IMG/VR virus record: IMGVR_UViG_3300020422_000181
Coordinates: 1-24,654 of that record
Reading direction: 5' to 3' (one strand)
From: a virus
Taxonomy: Duplodnaviria; Caudoviricetes
DNA length: 24,654 nucleotides
This document shows positions 13,070-23,240 of this stretch, piece by piece. The position numbers and the translations under genes are program-made. Position 1 is the stretch's first letter. Each line of letters starts with the position of its first letter. Below the pieces are notes generated by a model. The model made no database searches and was not told the DNA's origin. It saw nothing but the letters and a program-made list of their open reading frames with translations.

Positions 13070-13649
13070 TAGATCCCCACTTTACAATGGCGTTGGCCAT
13101 GCACATTGCCAACCCTTGTATGCCCTCGTATGTTAAATGTTGTGCGTGTTCGGGTTGATCCATAAACAACGGCTCGCAGCAAATGGCAACCGGGCGGCCA
13201 ACCCCTCGGATTGTGTAAAATGCGTTTTTTGTCCAGTTACTCGGATTACATTCGATTGGTTTGGCACTTTTTACAAATCCCGCCGCACGCATTTCTAATG
13301 CCAATTGTTTTGCCAATTCGTGGCCCTGTGTGGATGCATGATGATAAAAGAAGGCGGCATAATCCCCGCCGCCCGCGTTTAAATGCATGGCCAAATAAAC
13401 CGTTTTACGGTTGGGGTACATTGCCGCATACTCGTTTACCCGGGCGTGCCGTTCGGTGTATGTGCCATCGGATATGGGCATAACATCAACACCCAATAAC
13501 ATGAGCACTTTTTCTAACTCAATAGATAATTGGCCCGTAATGATGGCCTCGCGCTCGGGTGTTGCATCCCCATCAATATCAACGGCGGCACCCCGATCGG
13601 CCAACTTGTTTGGTTTACCTGCGTGTTGCCGATCGATAAAAACAATCAT
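13062..13649 (-). CDS. Endolysin, N-acetylmuramoyl-L-alanine amidase (Amidase_3 type)
   Basis: IVFIDRQHAG (His), ERE (Glu), ER...N, YLAMHLNA (His), AICCEPLFMD (catalytic Glu); no cell-wall binding domain visible. Confidence 0.85.
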   Translation of the reverse strand: MIVFIDRQHAGKPNKLADRGAAVDIDGDATPEREAIITGQLSIELEKVLMLLGVDVMPISDGTYTERHARVNEYAAMYPNRKTVYLAMHLNAGGGDYAAFFYHHASTQGHELAKQLALEMRAAGFVKSAKPIECNPSNWTKNAFYTIRGVGRPVAICCEPLFMDQPEHAQHLTYEGIQGLAMCMANAIVKWGSND

Positions 13650-13651
13650 TG

Positions 13652-15274
13652 TTATGCCAAGCTGGGGTTAATCTGATATTGGATCGTAAATTCCCACACC
13701 GTTTGCGCCCATCGTTTACCCACAACCATTACATTGTGCGCATCGAGTCCCAACCGGGTTGCGGTTACACTGATTATATCACCAATTTGTACGTATCCCC
13801 ATTGCATGTTTGCAAGTACTGTAACCTCGAAGCGTGGCAACGCATTGGATTTAACAACGCCCTGTGCAATCAAATGTGCCGTGATGCCATCGTATATGTA
13901 ATTTGATTCCAACACCGTTTGTTTAACGCCATACCGGTTTACACTGGTTTTGGCCAAATCCGTTTGTAATTCGTTTTCGCCCTGTTTTATGTGCCGGCAT
14001 CGGGCAACACTCGTTAAATTGGATCCAAACCCGTTAAACGCATATTTTATTTTGGCATCGTTTACAATATCATCGTTGCCCGTTGTTTGTGTTACAGCTG
14101 TGATTTGTTGGATCTCCAAATCGCGGCCAATGTGCCATTGTGCGGTGGCGTGTAATGAGTCAATAAAAGAAATTTGATCCAATACCGGCCGCAAACCATT
14201 TGGCCCCATCCGTATGCCGATTGGCAACAACGGTAAAATGTTACCTTGTAACCATTGCCACGCATACATGGCCGGATCATTTATGTAACCACTAAATTGA
14301 TAACAATTCAACAACGCACTCATGTTTGCAAACGCACCAATATCAACACGTTGCCCCGATCTCAACATTGCCCATTGCAACACATCGCCACCACGGGTTA
14401 ACGAACCACCACCAAATTGATTGGGGTACGCGGGGGTATTCCAATATACCCACCATTCGCGGCTTGTACCATGCACCGTGCGCCCTGGCATTGCGATGTG
14501 GTCGGCATTATCTAACACAATGTAATTATATGTGTTGCCAAATGTATCAACGGCGGCAACGGGTGTTTTGGTAACGGTTTGGCCGTTTTCGTCAATAATT
14601 GTAACCGTACCCGTGCCAACAATATCATGGCCCGCAACCAAAAAATGCGCTTCGTTATCGGTTACATTGTACTCTTTTATGCAATACGCGGGTGTGGCAT
14701 ATAGATTTTTTATATGTTGGCCAGATTGGGCATAACCCGGTTGGCCAAATACAATGGGATACGCCTTCCCATCCGCCGTTGGGATATGCCGATCTGGGAA
14801 ACGTTGATCAATGGTTGGGGTTTGCAATAACAATTGGTTTTGTGCCCATGGTTGGGCCTCAATGGTAAACGCAACAAAATTGTTTGGCTCATCTGGATCG
14901 CCAAATTGGGGTTGTTGTATCTCACCACGGTACAACACAATGCGGTTATCGTACGTTTGGCCAACCTCACCATTTTGCCAAACATAATACCCAAATTCGC
15001 ATTGCAACCCATCCATGCCCAACCCTTTGTTGGCTAATTCAATTACATCCACCCCGGGCATGGCTAATTGGCATCCAACTGTATTGGTTTCAACATCGCC
15101 ACCAACATTGGCCGCCTCCACAAAATCAAATTGTAATAACCCATCGGTGTATTGATATTCGGTGCCATCCTGTTTGGCGGTTATGGCATTTTGTGCAATC
15201 CGGTAATGTATCGAATTGTAAACAAAATCAACATAGAATACAGGCAAACCGCCCAACAATTGATCGGGGTACAT
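13652..15274 (-). CDS. Tail tip / baseplate hub-like protein
   Basis: Position after TMP and 1086-aa gene; GKAYPIVFG motif and C-terminal SVNRYG...VQIGDIISVT pattern typical of hub proteins. Confidence 0.7.
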   Translation of the reverse strand: MYPDQLLGGLPVFYVDFVYNSIHYRIAQNAITAKQDGTEYQYTDGLLQFDFVEAANVGGDVETNTVGCQLAMPGVDVIELANKGLGMDGLQCEFGYYVWQNGEVGQTYDNRIVLYRGEIQQPQFGDPDEPNNFVAFTIEAQPWAQNQLLLQTPTIDQRFPDRHIPTADGKAYPIVFGQPGYAQSGQHIKNLYATPAYCIKEYNVTDNEAHFLVAGHDIVGTGTVTIIDENGQTVTKTPVAAVDTFGNTYNYIVLDNADHIAMPGRTVHGTSREWWVYWNTPAYPNQFGGGSLTRGGDVLQWAMLRSGQRVDIGAFANMSALLNCYQFSGYINDPAMYAWQWLQGNILPLLPIGIRMGPNGLRPVLDQISFIDSLHATAQWHIGRDLEIQQITAVTQTTGNDDIVNDAKIKYAFNGFGSNLTSVARCRHIKQGENELQTDLAKTSVNRYGVKQTVLESNYIYDGITAHLIAQGVVKSNALPRFEVTVLANMQWGYVQIGDIISVTATRLGLDAHNVMVVGKRWAQTVWEFTIQYQINPSLA

Positions 15275-18200
15275 TTATCTAACCTCACGCATTACAACGG
15301 TACCAACGCGCAATACCTCGTTTGTACTCTCATCACCCAACACGTTTTCGATCTGTACATCCGAGCCCAATGTAACCATGCAATGATCGTGGTACCGGTT
15401 TATTACATCGTGATTGGCAACACCCGTGGTATCAATCACAGGCAAATACACAACGGCGTTGTTTTCGCCCTGCATTTGCTGAACAATCCCAACCATTGTG
15501 GTTGGTGCGGATCCGATCGCCGCTTCGGGTAAACTGCCCGCCTCGGTTGTGTAAAAATCCGGTGTGGGGGTGTCGTTGCACAATTCGGTAATATCAACGC
15601 CATCCACCCAACCAACACGAATCGTGCGCCCACCATTGCCACGTACATTGGCATATTGCACGCCGTTTGGCCCTGTTACCGTGTCGGTGTTTGCTTCCCA
15701 ATTGATTGTACGGCCACGGCCATATTGGGTGGCGGGTATCACAACCGGGCCCATTACCATATGGCCAATTTTAAAATACCCCTCGTTAGTTTGTTGAGTG
15801 GTAATTCTAATTTTTACCGCCGCCAAATCCGTTACGCGATGCAACAAAATGGTGCATGCGTTTGGTATTAACTGTGCAACGGTGCCCGATGTTGGATCGG
15901 TACTTTTGGCACCCTCAATGGTAAACACAACCGTTTTAGTGTTTGTTGCACTATCTAATACACCTTCGGAATTGGTGCGAATTTTGCGTAATACCTCGTT
16001 TTCGCCATCCTTCAAAAGGATGTACCACCCGGCACACTCGTTGTAATGGTAAAAGGGGCGATCCGCGGGGGTACTGGTTACCCGTACTGTGTTACCCAAT
16101 CGCGCATAATTAAAATCACTACCCGATTGATTATTAATGGTACTGTGTGTTACCCACGCACCCGATTGGTACAATTCTATTTGCATATCTTTAAAATTGA
16201 TATTGCTCAAATATATACCCACAACGCCGTTGCGGCTTCGTACATCAACACCCAAATTATCCGAATCAATCGCCCACGATATGTTTGCGGTGGGTATTAA
16301 ATCGGTATCGGCATTGGCCACGGCATCGGATCGCCATGTAACGCCGCGTGATGGGTGCAACGTATACAATACACGGTTGATTGGTGTATCAAACTCGGGT
16401 AACACCTTCCATTTATCGGTGTTGCGTGCGGGGCCATCCTGTGTGGTAATGTATAGCCCATCATCCAACGCCGCATAAAATCCAATGGCCGGGTATTGTT
16501 TACCGTTCAATGTTGTATCAACACCCACACCCATTTCGTTGCCCTCGGAATAACTAACATATGCCCAACTACATGTTGTACCAATGGTTGTTGTTGTTGA
16601 TCCCCATGTAAATTGTTGTGTGGATACACCCGCCACCGATGCGGTGCCAACCAATGTGGCATATTGGCGGGGCCCGTTAATACTGGCATAATACAATTTG
16701 CAAACACCCGTGGCATTATCCACATGCAAATACAACGCGCGCCCCTCGGATGTCAACCCGGTTACACTTGCCAATTGGTTTGTGCCCAACATATCATACA
16801 AATACAACGCCGTGGGTGTAATGTACACCCGTACATGGTACCCCAATGTGCCCGATGTGGTTGTATTAATTGCTACACCAATGTAATTGCCTTCTGAGGC
16901 ACCACCACCCGTTTGTTGATCCAATGCAACGTGCAATGTTACGCCCTTTGATTTGTCAACAATCCCCCGTGCATAGTTTGCCGATACACCACCCGCACAT
17001 GCGATATCCAATCGATCGGCATCCAATGTTATTGTGGGGGCACCGGTGGATGTTAACGCCCATTGGCCACCCTGTGTTGGTAGATCAACGGGTGCCCAAT
17101 CTTGGGTATTGTGTGCCCATTGGCTATCGTCAGGATATGCGGCCAAACGTGGGTTTATTTGGGTGGCCCACATGCCAAACGATAATGCCAATACACTATC
17201 GGCAAACGCATTTGTACCGTTGTTATCCCAATTGCACAACACCAATTGTTGCCCATTGTAAAACGTGGTGGCGATGTTTGCCAACTCACCACATGCACCG
17301 GGATTAAATACAATAGCGTGTTGCATTTCGGGTGTTGCCACGGCGGGATCGGGGCCCATAAATTGCCATGTGCGCCCGTATTCGATGGCCTCAACACCTG
17401 CACTATCAGAATATGCACACGATACAACATCATTTTGCAACATACGTGCGTAAATGTAAATGCGCCCATCCACATCCATGTGCATGTATTTGTTGCCATC
17501 CTCTAATAATACACCCGATGAGTTTCTAGCAAAATCCACGCCCAATATATCGGTTACATTTGCAAACACTAACGAGTTAAATAAATTATCATACGCATCC
17601 GTAAATTGGGTTACGCCAATTGTGTTTACATCCCTTATAAAACTAAGTACATACACACCATTGTAAACAACAACGTTGGGTTGGTGTACTCGGTATGTTG
17701 TGGCCGATGCGGGGGATTGTGCAACGTATGTAAATTTGGCACCCTGTGATACGCTGGCATATTGAAAACACAAATTGCGGTTGGTACCCGAGCTTTTAAA
17801 AGCCTCTAAAAATAAAACACATTGGGATACCGTAGCCGCACCCGCGATGCGTTGCAATGTTAACCCGGTTATGTCGATCTCGGTTTGCAAACCACGGTTG
17901 GATATTAAATCCCATGTGGTACCCTGATCGATTGTTTGGTACACTTGCACGTTGGCCGTGTTGCCTGCGGTATCAATCGCCCAAAATATACACAACACAT
18001 TACCATTGGCCAACGTAACCAATGTTGGTTGGCGAAATTGGCCACCCAATGTGGTTAATGCAACGGTATTTAACGATACCATGGTGGTGTTACCTTCGGG
18101 ATCTATTTTGTAAATACGCACGTTGTTGTTGGATACGGTTGTGTATTCCACGGCGCACAATATATTGCCATCGGTTGTGGTTACCGCCGCACGGGTTATA

Positions 18201-18535
18201 AATTTTTTGCCAACCAAACTATTTTTGGCCACCGCATCCACCGCGGTTAAAATGTTTGGCACATTGTGGCCATATGTGTTTGCGTCGGTTTCAAATTTCC
18301 AACCAAATTTGGCACCCTCGGTTACGTGGCCCGCCTCTATGGTTTCAATTTCTATCGTGTTTGTTTGTGTGCCTCGGGTACCTAGTACTAAACTGGTTGG
18401 GTTTTGTGCCTCAGGTACGCCCGCACGTTTTTTGCCCTGGGTGGCATCGCTTTGTGCCGTCCAATAATTTTTTTGATCCAATTGCCACGGTACAATAAAC
18501 CCGCGTACGTTATCCGGTGTTCTATTGGTGCCCAT
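15275..18535 (-). CDS. Large beta-rich tail protein (1086 aa)
   Basis: Directly after TMP (TAATG overlap); T/G/N/V-rich; Asp-box-like TIDQGTTW. Confidence 0.72.
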   Translation of the reverse strand: MGTNRTPDNVRGFIVPWQLDQKNYWTAQSDATQGKKRAGVPEAQNPTSLVLGTRGTQTNTIEIETIEAGHVTEGAKFGWKFETDANTYGHNVPNILTAVDAVAKNSLVGKKFITRAAVTTTDGNILCAVEYTTVSNNNVRIYKIDPEGNTTMVSLNTVALTTLGGQFRQPTLVTLANGNVLCIFWAIDTAGNTANVQVYQTIDQGTTWDLISNRGLQTEIDITGLTLQRIAGAATVSQCVLFLEAFKSSGTNRNLCFQYASVSQGAKFTYVAQSPASATTYRVHQPNVVVYNGVYVLSFIRDVNTIGVTQFTDAYDNLFNSLVFANVTDILGVDFARNSSGVLLEDGNKYMHMDVDGRIYIYARMLQNDVVSCAYSDSAGVEAIEYGRTWQFMGPDPAVATPEMQHAIVFNPGACGELANIATTFYNGQQLVLCNWDNNGTNAFADSVLALSFGMWATQINPRLAAYPDDSQWAHNTQDWAPVDLPTQGGQWALTSTGAPTITLDADRLDIACAGGVSANYARGIVDKSKGVTLHVALDQQTGGGASEGNYIGVAINTTTSGTLGYHVRVYITPTALYLYDMLGTNQLASVTGLTSEGRALYLHVDNATGVCKLYYASINGPRQYATLVGTASVAGVSTQQFTWGSTTTTIGTTCSWAYVSYSEGNEMGVGVDTTLNGKQYPAIGFYAALDDGLYITTQDGPARNTDKWKVLPEFDTPINRVLYTLHPSRGVTWRSDAVANADTDLIPTANISWAIDSDNLGVDVRSRNGVVGIYLSNINFKDMQIELYQSGAWVTHSTINNQSGSDFNYARLGNTVRVTSTPADRPFYHYNECAGWYILLKDGENEVLRKIRTNSEGVLDSATNTKTVVFTIEGAKSTDPTSGTVAQLIPNACTILLHRVTDLAAVKIRITTQQTNEGYFKIGHMVMGPVVIPATQYGRGRTINWEANTDTVTGPNGVQYANVRGNGGRTIRVGWVDGVDITELCNDTPTPDFYTTEAGSLPEAAIGSAPTTMVGIVQQMQGENNAVVYLPVIDTTGVANHDVINRYHDHCMVTLGSDVQIENVLGDESTNEVLRVGTVVMREVR

Positions 18536-20466
18536 TAGTATGCCCCCGCATGTACTCGACCCGCAACGCGGCGTGCCGATTTATTGTATCGATCTATGTG
18601 TTTGAATGGTTGTATTATAACCACATTGTTGGTGCCTGTTTGCCCATTTTGCAATTGGCGGATCCCTTCTTGGCCACCAATGTTGCGTACGGTTGTACGA
18701 TCAAGTACGGCCTCACCTGTTAACAATGTGGCGTTTGTTTCATCGGGTGCCATACCACCCATGTGCAACGTTGGTGGTTGTTGGGATAGTACCGCGGCGG
18801 TTTGTGCGGCACCGGCGGCGGTTATAGCGGCAATGGTTACACCACGCACACCGGGTGGCAATCCCAACGATCCCGCAATGGCTTTTGCCGTTTCCATTGC
18901 GATATCGGATACGGCGGCGGTTTGCTCTAATCTAAACAATCGTTTTACGCTTTTTTCGGTTGCCCGGTCGGTGTTGTCTAGATATTCACCAACGGCACCC
19001 GCAAATGTTTTAATTGATCCCGTAAACGCCATGCCCATTGCCGCGTATTTATCCACCTGTTCGGATATGCGATCCAATTGCTTTTGGTGGTGTTCCTCTT
19101 GTATCTCATTTATTTCGTTTAATTTTTCAATACGCAAATTGTTGGCGGCCTCATCGGCGGCGGCTCGCTCTCCTGATATTAGACCCAATCGTTCTAGTTT
19201 TATAAACTCAGATTCATAACGATCGTTAATTTGTTCGATTTGTTTTTCTGTATCGGATGCCGTCGATAGAAAATACATTTTCGCCAATTCATTACGTGCA
19301 CGTAATGTTTGCAATTCACCTTGTACCGCCTCGGAATCAAACGGATCAATATCGGCAATTTCTTTTTTGGCTTTTGCGCTGCGCTCATTTGCCGCGGCTT
19401 GTGCCTCGTTTGCTTGTGCCAATTCGTGCTCTAATTCAACCATTTGTTGCGCTAAATCTACGGCCTCGGCTCGCATTGCGTCCATGGCTTGCATTTCGGT
19501 TTGTTGTTGCCCAATACGCCGTTGTAATTCATCCTCTAACGATAACAACGCGGCACGCTCTGTTAACCCACGTTTGGTTAAATCCAATTGGTTGTTTACG
19601 GTGTCGGTTTGCAATTGTAAAACCCGTAACCGCTCTTTTTCCTCATCGGATAAAACAACCTCTGATCCATCCTTTTGTGCCTGTATTAACGCCTGTACGC
19701 TTTTCAATTCCAATTCACGGGTGGCAATACTTTGTTGCGCCTGTTCAATGTTTGCTTTAAATGATTCGTTGGCCGCCTCACCCGCCTGCTCTAATTTAAA
19801 TTCAAATTCAGATATTTGCCCGGTTAACAATTCAAATTCACCACGCATATCGCGCAATTTACCGCCGGCATCAACCAAATTGTTGGTTTGTTCGGTTGTT
19901 TCATCATTTAATTGCCGTTGGGCATCTCGAAGATCCAATATCAATTGGCGCGCCTTTTCGGCTTCCTCAGTGTACGCCATATATCCCAATGCCAAACCGC
20001 CAACGGCAACGGCACCCGCCAATACCAATGGGTTGAGTGCACCAAACCCCATAATCAACGATTCAACAACGGCAAATGTATCCGCCATACCATCCGCCGC
20101 CTCGGCCAACTGTGGATTTACACCACGCAATGCCAGCCCAACACCACTAAACCCGCGATCGATATCGCCGGATTTTTCCGCAACCATCTCCATGCGTTGG
20201 CCAGCGTGTGCGGCACTATCGGCCAGATCATCAAAATCACGGGCACCACGTTTTGCCGCGTTGGCCATCTCTTTTGCCACCTTCTTTTGGGCATCGGCTG
20301 ATTTTTTAGCCGCCTTTTCGGCTTGTTTTAATTGGCGATCCAATGCGGCCACCATTTTTTTGGCCTCTTCTTTTGTAACATTGGGGATTTGTTCGAGCTT
20401 CGATACAAGGTCTTTTATATTTGCTTTGTACGATATCTCTATGCTTTTCTTTTCTTCGGTTGCCAT
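18535..20466 (-). CDS. Tape measure protein
   Basis: 643 aa, Ala/Glu/Gln-rich helical, hydrophobic Gly/Ala segments, C-terminal LHMGG...LLTGEAVL motif; downstream of tube and chaperone genes. Confidence 0.85.
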   Translation of the reverse strand: MATEEKKSIEISYKANIKDLVSKLEQIPNVTKEEAKKMVAALDRQLKQAEKAAKKSADAQKKVAKEMANAAKRGARDFDDLADSAAHAGQRMEMVAEKSGDIDRGFSGVGLALRGVNPQLAEAADGMADTFAVVESLIMGFGALNPLVLAGAVAVGGLALGYMAYTEEAEKARQLILDLRDAQRQLNDETTEQTNNLVDAGGKLRDMRGEFELLTGQISEFEFKLEQAGEAANESFKANIEQAQQSIATRELELKSVQALIQAQKDGSEVVLSDEEKERLRVLQLQTDTVNNQLDLTKRGLTERAALLSLEDELQRRIGQQQTEMQAMDAMRAEAVDLAQQMVELEHELAQANEAQAAANERSAKAKKEIADIDPFDSEAVQGELQTLRARNELAKMYFLSTASDTEKQIEQINDRYESEFIKLERLGLISGERAAADEAANNLRIEKLNEINEIQEEHHQKQLDRISEQVDKYAAMGMAFTGSIKTFAGAVGEYLDNTDRATEKSVKRLFRLEQTAAVSDIAMETAKAIAGSLGLPPGVRGVTIAAITAAGAAQTAAVLSQQPPTLHMGGMAPDETNATLLTGEAVLDRTTVRNIGGQEGIRQLQNGQTGTNNVVIIQPFKHIDRYNKSARRVAGRVHAGAY

Positions 20467-20939
20467 TATATCCGCCCGGTTAAATCATCCGCCAACGCCT
20501 TTACAACCTTGTTGGCCTGTTTGCGCATTGGTTTGGTTAGTGTCTCATCGGCTACCCGCCGACCCTGTGCACCGATAATTGGTTCGCCACGGTTGTTTGT
20601 TGGATCCTCACCATAACGCACCATGTAAGAATACGGGGCCGTGTTCTTTAGGAATACAACCACGTTGCCGGTGGCATCTAATCTTGTACCCCGTACAAAA
20701 CGCCGCCACGAATTTTTGGAATCATCGCGAAAAAATACCACCTTGCCATTTTTATCCCTGCGCACCGTTGGTTGGCGTTTGGGCCAATCTGGAATTGCCG
20801 CAACCTCGATATCGGTTAACGTTTGTTGCATAATACGTGCGGCATTGGGTGCAACGGTATTTAACAAACCAGTAAACATTTGATCCAAATTGGTATCAAA
20901 TTGTGCCGTTACCCTTCCTTTTGCTATTTTATCGCCCAT
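20466..20939 (-). CDS. HK97 gp10-like tail completion protein
   Basis: KNTAPYSYMVRYG resembles the N...Y...VEYG motif of that family; helical N- and C-termini. Confidence 0.5.
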   Translation of the reverse strand: MGDKIAKGRVTAQFDTNLDQMFTGLLNTVAPNAARIMQQTLTDIEVAAIPDWPKRQPTVRRDKNGKVVFFRDDSKNSWRRFVRGTRLDATGNVVVFLKNTAPYSYMVRYGEDPTNNRGEPIIGAQGRRVADETLTKPMRKQANKVVKALADDLTGRI

Positions 20940-21168
20940 TGTTTACCGCCCGTTGCCGATCAATCATTCGATCTAATTGTAGCCGTTTATTATCCGATAT
21001 GCGTTTGTTGATTTGTTCGGGCGTTTCATTGTGTAAACGATATTCGGCTATGAGTGCAATACGGGTTTGGGCATCCAATGTGTAAAACCATTTTGGGGGT
21101 TGGCCCCAATGGCGTGCCACCCGCAATGCCAATAAATCCAATTGGCCACGGGTGGTTACGTAAAATTT
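20929..21168 (-). CDS. Tail assembly chaperone, frameshift-extended (T) portion
   Basis: -1 frame from slippery site reads TTT TAC GTA ACC ACC CGT GGC CAA TTG GAT... without stop into ORF 20929..21141 (HWGQPPKWFYTL). Confidence 0.75.
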   Translation of the reverse strand, partial: KFYVTTRGQLDLLALRVARHWGQPPKWFYTLDAQTRIALIAEYRLHNETPEQINKRISDNKRLQLDRMIDRQRAVNNGR

Positions 21169-21500
21169 GCCGTGTCCTCAACCGCATCGTTGGTAGGGAT
21201 CTGTTTGGTCATTTCGATCAAACATTCTACACCCACCCCGTACACATCCCCCGGTGTCATACCTGCGGCCAATAGCCGATCCATAATCGTATGGCCGTAT
21301 GCAATCGGATCGCCATCCACCACACGATACGCGGGTAAACATTTGGCATGATCAACGCACACCCCAATTGCACCCGCACACAAACGTGCCAATTGTGCTT
21401 GGTTGGGATTGCCGCCCCAAATGGCCACAAAATCCCAACACGTTGCCATACTGGATGGCACCACAATATCGTGTTTACCTAATTTGCCTAATTCCAACAT
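21156..21500 (-). CDS. Tail assembly chaperone (G portion)
   Basis: Follows tail tube gene; GGGG RBS; ends ANFT* over a slippery heptamer. Confidence 0.75.
   Translation of the reverse strand: MLELGKLGKHDIVVPSSMATCWDFVAIWGGNPNQAQLARLCAGAIGVCVDHAKCLPAYRVVDGDPIAYGHTIMDRLLAAGMTPGDVYGVGVECLIEMTKQIPTNDAVEDTANFT
21162..21168 (-). other. Programmed -1 ribosomal frameshift heptamer A AAT TTT
   Basis: X XXY YYZ in correct phase one codon before the stop of 21156..21500. Confidence 0.8.
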
Positions 21501-21522
21501 TTAATGCCCCGTTGTTGTTGGT

Positions 21523-22023
21523 TTATGATAATTGAGTAACGCCGCCGTAACATGTAAAATTTAGTGTAAACGAGCTCGGATCCCCTTCGGAAAAATCCAA
21601 ACTACAAACGCATTTACCCAATGCAACAATGTGATCGCCTGTATCGCCAAAATCGGTACCCTCGGCGGTGTATCTAATATCGATACAAAAATGCTCAACA
21701 AATGGTACACCCGCATCGCCTGTGGAGATGTTCGCAGCATATGCACCCGATTTGTTAATAAAATCACGTACGGATCCAACATCGGCGGATGTAAATTCCC
21801 GAAAATGAAACGAAAAGGATCCAGTTATGGTTTGTTCGTCTTGGCGGCGGATTGTGGAGAAATTACCACGATCCATAATCACTAACTCGCTAAATTGCTG
21901 TGGTTGGCTGAATGAAAAATTACCATCTTCGTATGCAACTTCGAGTACAACGGGGGATCCTGTGCCGTCGAGCAACTCGATCTTGCCATCGCGTTTGGTT
22001 TTGGGTACTGTTGAATAGGCCAT
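21523..22023 (-). CDS. Major tail tube protein
   Basis: 166 aa beta-rich (ITGSFSFHF, SSFTLNFTCYG), positioned between terminator-like gene and chaperones. Confidence 0.72.
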   Translation of the reverse strand: MAYSTVPKTKRDGKIELLDGTGSPVVLEVAYEDGNFSFSQPQQFSELVIMDRGNFSTIRRQDEQTITGSFSFHFREFTSADVGSVRDFINKSGAYAANISTGDAGVPFVEHFCIDIRYTAEGTDFGDTGDHIVALGKCVCSLDFSEGDPSSFTLNFTCYGGVTQLS

Positions 22024-22047
22024 TTTATTACCTGTGTTTGGGGTTGG

Positions 22048-22476
22048 TTAAAGTGTGTGTAATGCCGTAAATGTACATGCCACGATCATGTATTCCTGTG
22101 AGTCAACAACCGATCGGGTTGTACCATTATAACGTATTGTAAATGCGTTGTTTGTTGAATATGTACCCAACACGGCGTTTATTACTGTTTGCTCAACATC
22201 GAGCGTTGTATCGTAATCAGTCGGGTATACATCCAACGGGCGCAACCGATGTGCAAACGTTACCAACACATTGGTTTGGGCATACACACCCACCGCCCGG
22301 CGTTGCCTATCGGGGCCCGCCGTTGTTTGATCAACACCCACCGCATACGATTTATGGGCAACGGTGTTTTGTTGGCGTCCAAAATACTCCGGGGCCATTT
22401 TGGCCAAATGAAAACCAGTTAACGCACCAACATTGGTGGCAACCTCGGATCGCAATTGTGAAAATGAAACGCTCAT
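22048..22476 (-). CDS. Probable tail terminator / completion protein
   Basis: Size and position directly upstream of tube gene; no diagnostic motif. Confidence 0.5.
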   Translation of the reverse strand: MSVSFSQLRSEVATNVGALTGFHLAKMAPEYFGRQQNTVAHKSYAVGVDQTTAGPDRQRRAVGVYAQTNVLVTFAHRLRPLDVYPTDYDTTLDVEQTVINAVLGTYSTNNAFTIRYNGTTRSVVDSQEYMIVACTFTALHTL

Positions 22477-23240
22477 TATCTACGCCGCCCACGAAAATTA
22501 CCCAATCGGCCTGGGTTACTCAGGTAAATAACCGGTTGTTTTGCAACCCGTGTGTTTGGGTTATCGCTGGATCCTTTGTGGCTGTGATCATAAATGAAAT
22601 TAATTTGTTTCCATTCACTTTGATATTGGTTGTACATCTCGGTACTCAAATCGAGAAAACGGCCATTTGATTGGCCCAATGAGCTGTGAAAATCACGAAA
22701 TATATAATACAATGCCAAATTTTGGTGGGCACTTCGGAATGCTTCGGGGCTCATTACTAGGTATTCAAGGCCGCCACCCTCGTTGCGCATCCGTTGGATC
22801 ATGGTGTACCATGCCTCATCGATATACGTTTGGTAACTGGCTAAACTGGATGGGCGCAAATCCACCAATTGGCTAAATGTGGATGTTAAATCGGCATCGG
22901 ATACCACAGGGTATAAACGGCGCAATACAACGGCACCCATGCGGCGGAACGTATACACCCGCCCACCGATCGTTACGTTCCATTCTTGTATGTACCCCTC
23001 GCCCAATGATTTGCCATCAAACAAATTGGTTGCATGGGTGTATTGTGGGATGTTTGCCGGGTATGTTGCCGCGGCGTTATCCACCAATTTGTTGCCGTTT
23101 GGCTCGATCAATGTGTAGGTAACATTGGTGGGTGCAACCAACGCCCCGTTGCGATATATCGGCAATTCGGATGTTTGCGATTTACCACGCTCGAATAATT
23201 CCGGCACTTTGATTTGTGGGGCGTATGGTGTATCACTCAT
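22476..23240 (-). CDS. Probable head-tail connector protein
   Basis: Position; helical C-terminal half (YQTYIDEAW...ALYYIF...YNQY) like adaptor proteins; TAATG coupling both ends. Confidence 0.5.
   Translation of the reverse strand: MSDTPYAPQIKVPELFERGKSQTSELPIYRNGALVAPTNVTYTLIEPNGNKLVDNAAATYPANIPQYTHATNLFDGKSLGEGYIQEWNVTIGGRVYTFRRMGAVVLRRLYPVVSDADLTSTFSQLVDLRPSSLASYQTYIDEAWYTMIQRMRNEGGGLEYLVMSPEAFRSAHQNLALYYIFRDFHSSLGQSNGRFLDLSTEMYNQYQSEWKQINFIYDHSHKGSSDNPNTRVAKQPVIYLSNPGRLGNFRGRRR

Noticed and set aside
1451-16724. Single perfect DnaA boxes at 1451-1459 and 16716-16724
   Set aside because: Isolated, inside coding sequence, no AT-rich neighbour; likely chance in a TGTGG/CCACA-rich genome.
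19367-20578. 403-aa plus-strand ORF and the many other plus-strand ORFs in the track
   Set aside because: Antisense shadows of well-supported minus-strand genes; Ser/Ala/Cys-rich with no motifs; long open frames are expected because CTA/TCA (antisense TAG/TGA) triplets are scarce here.
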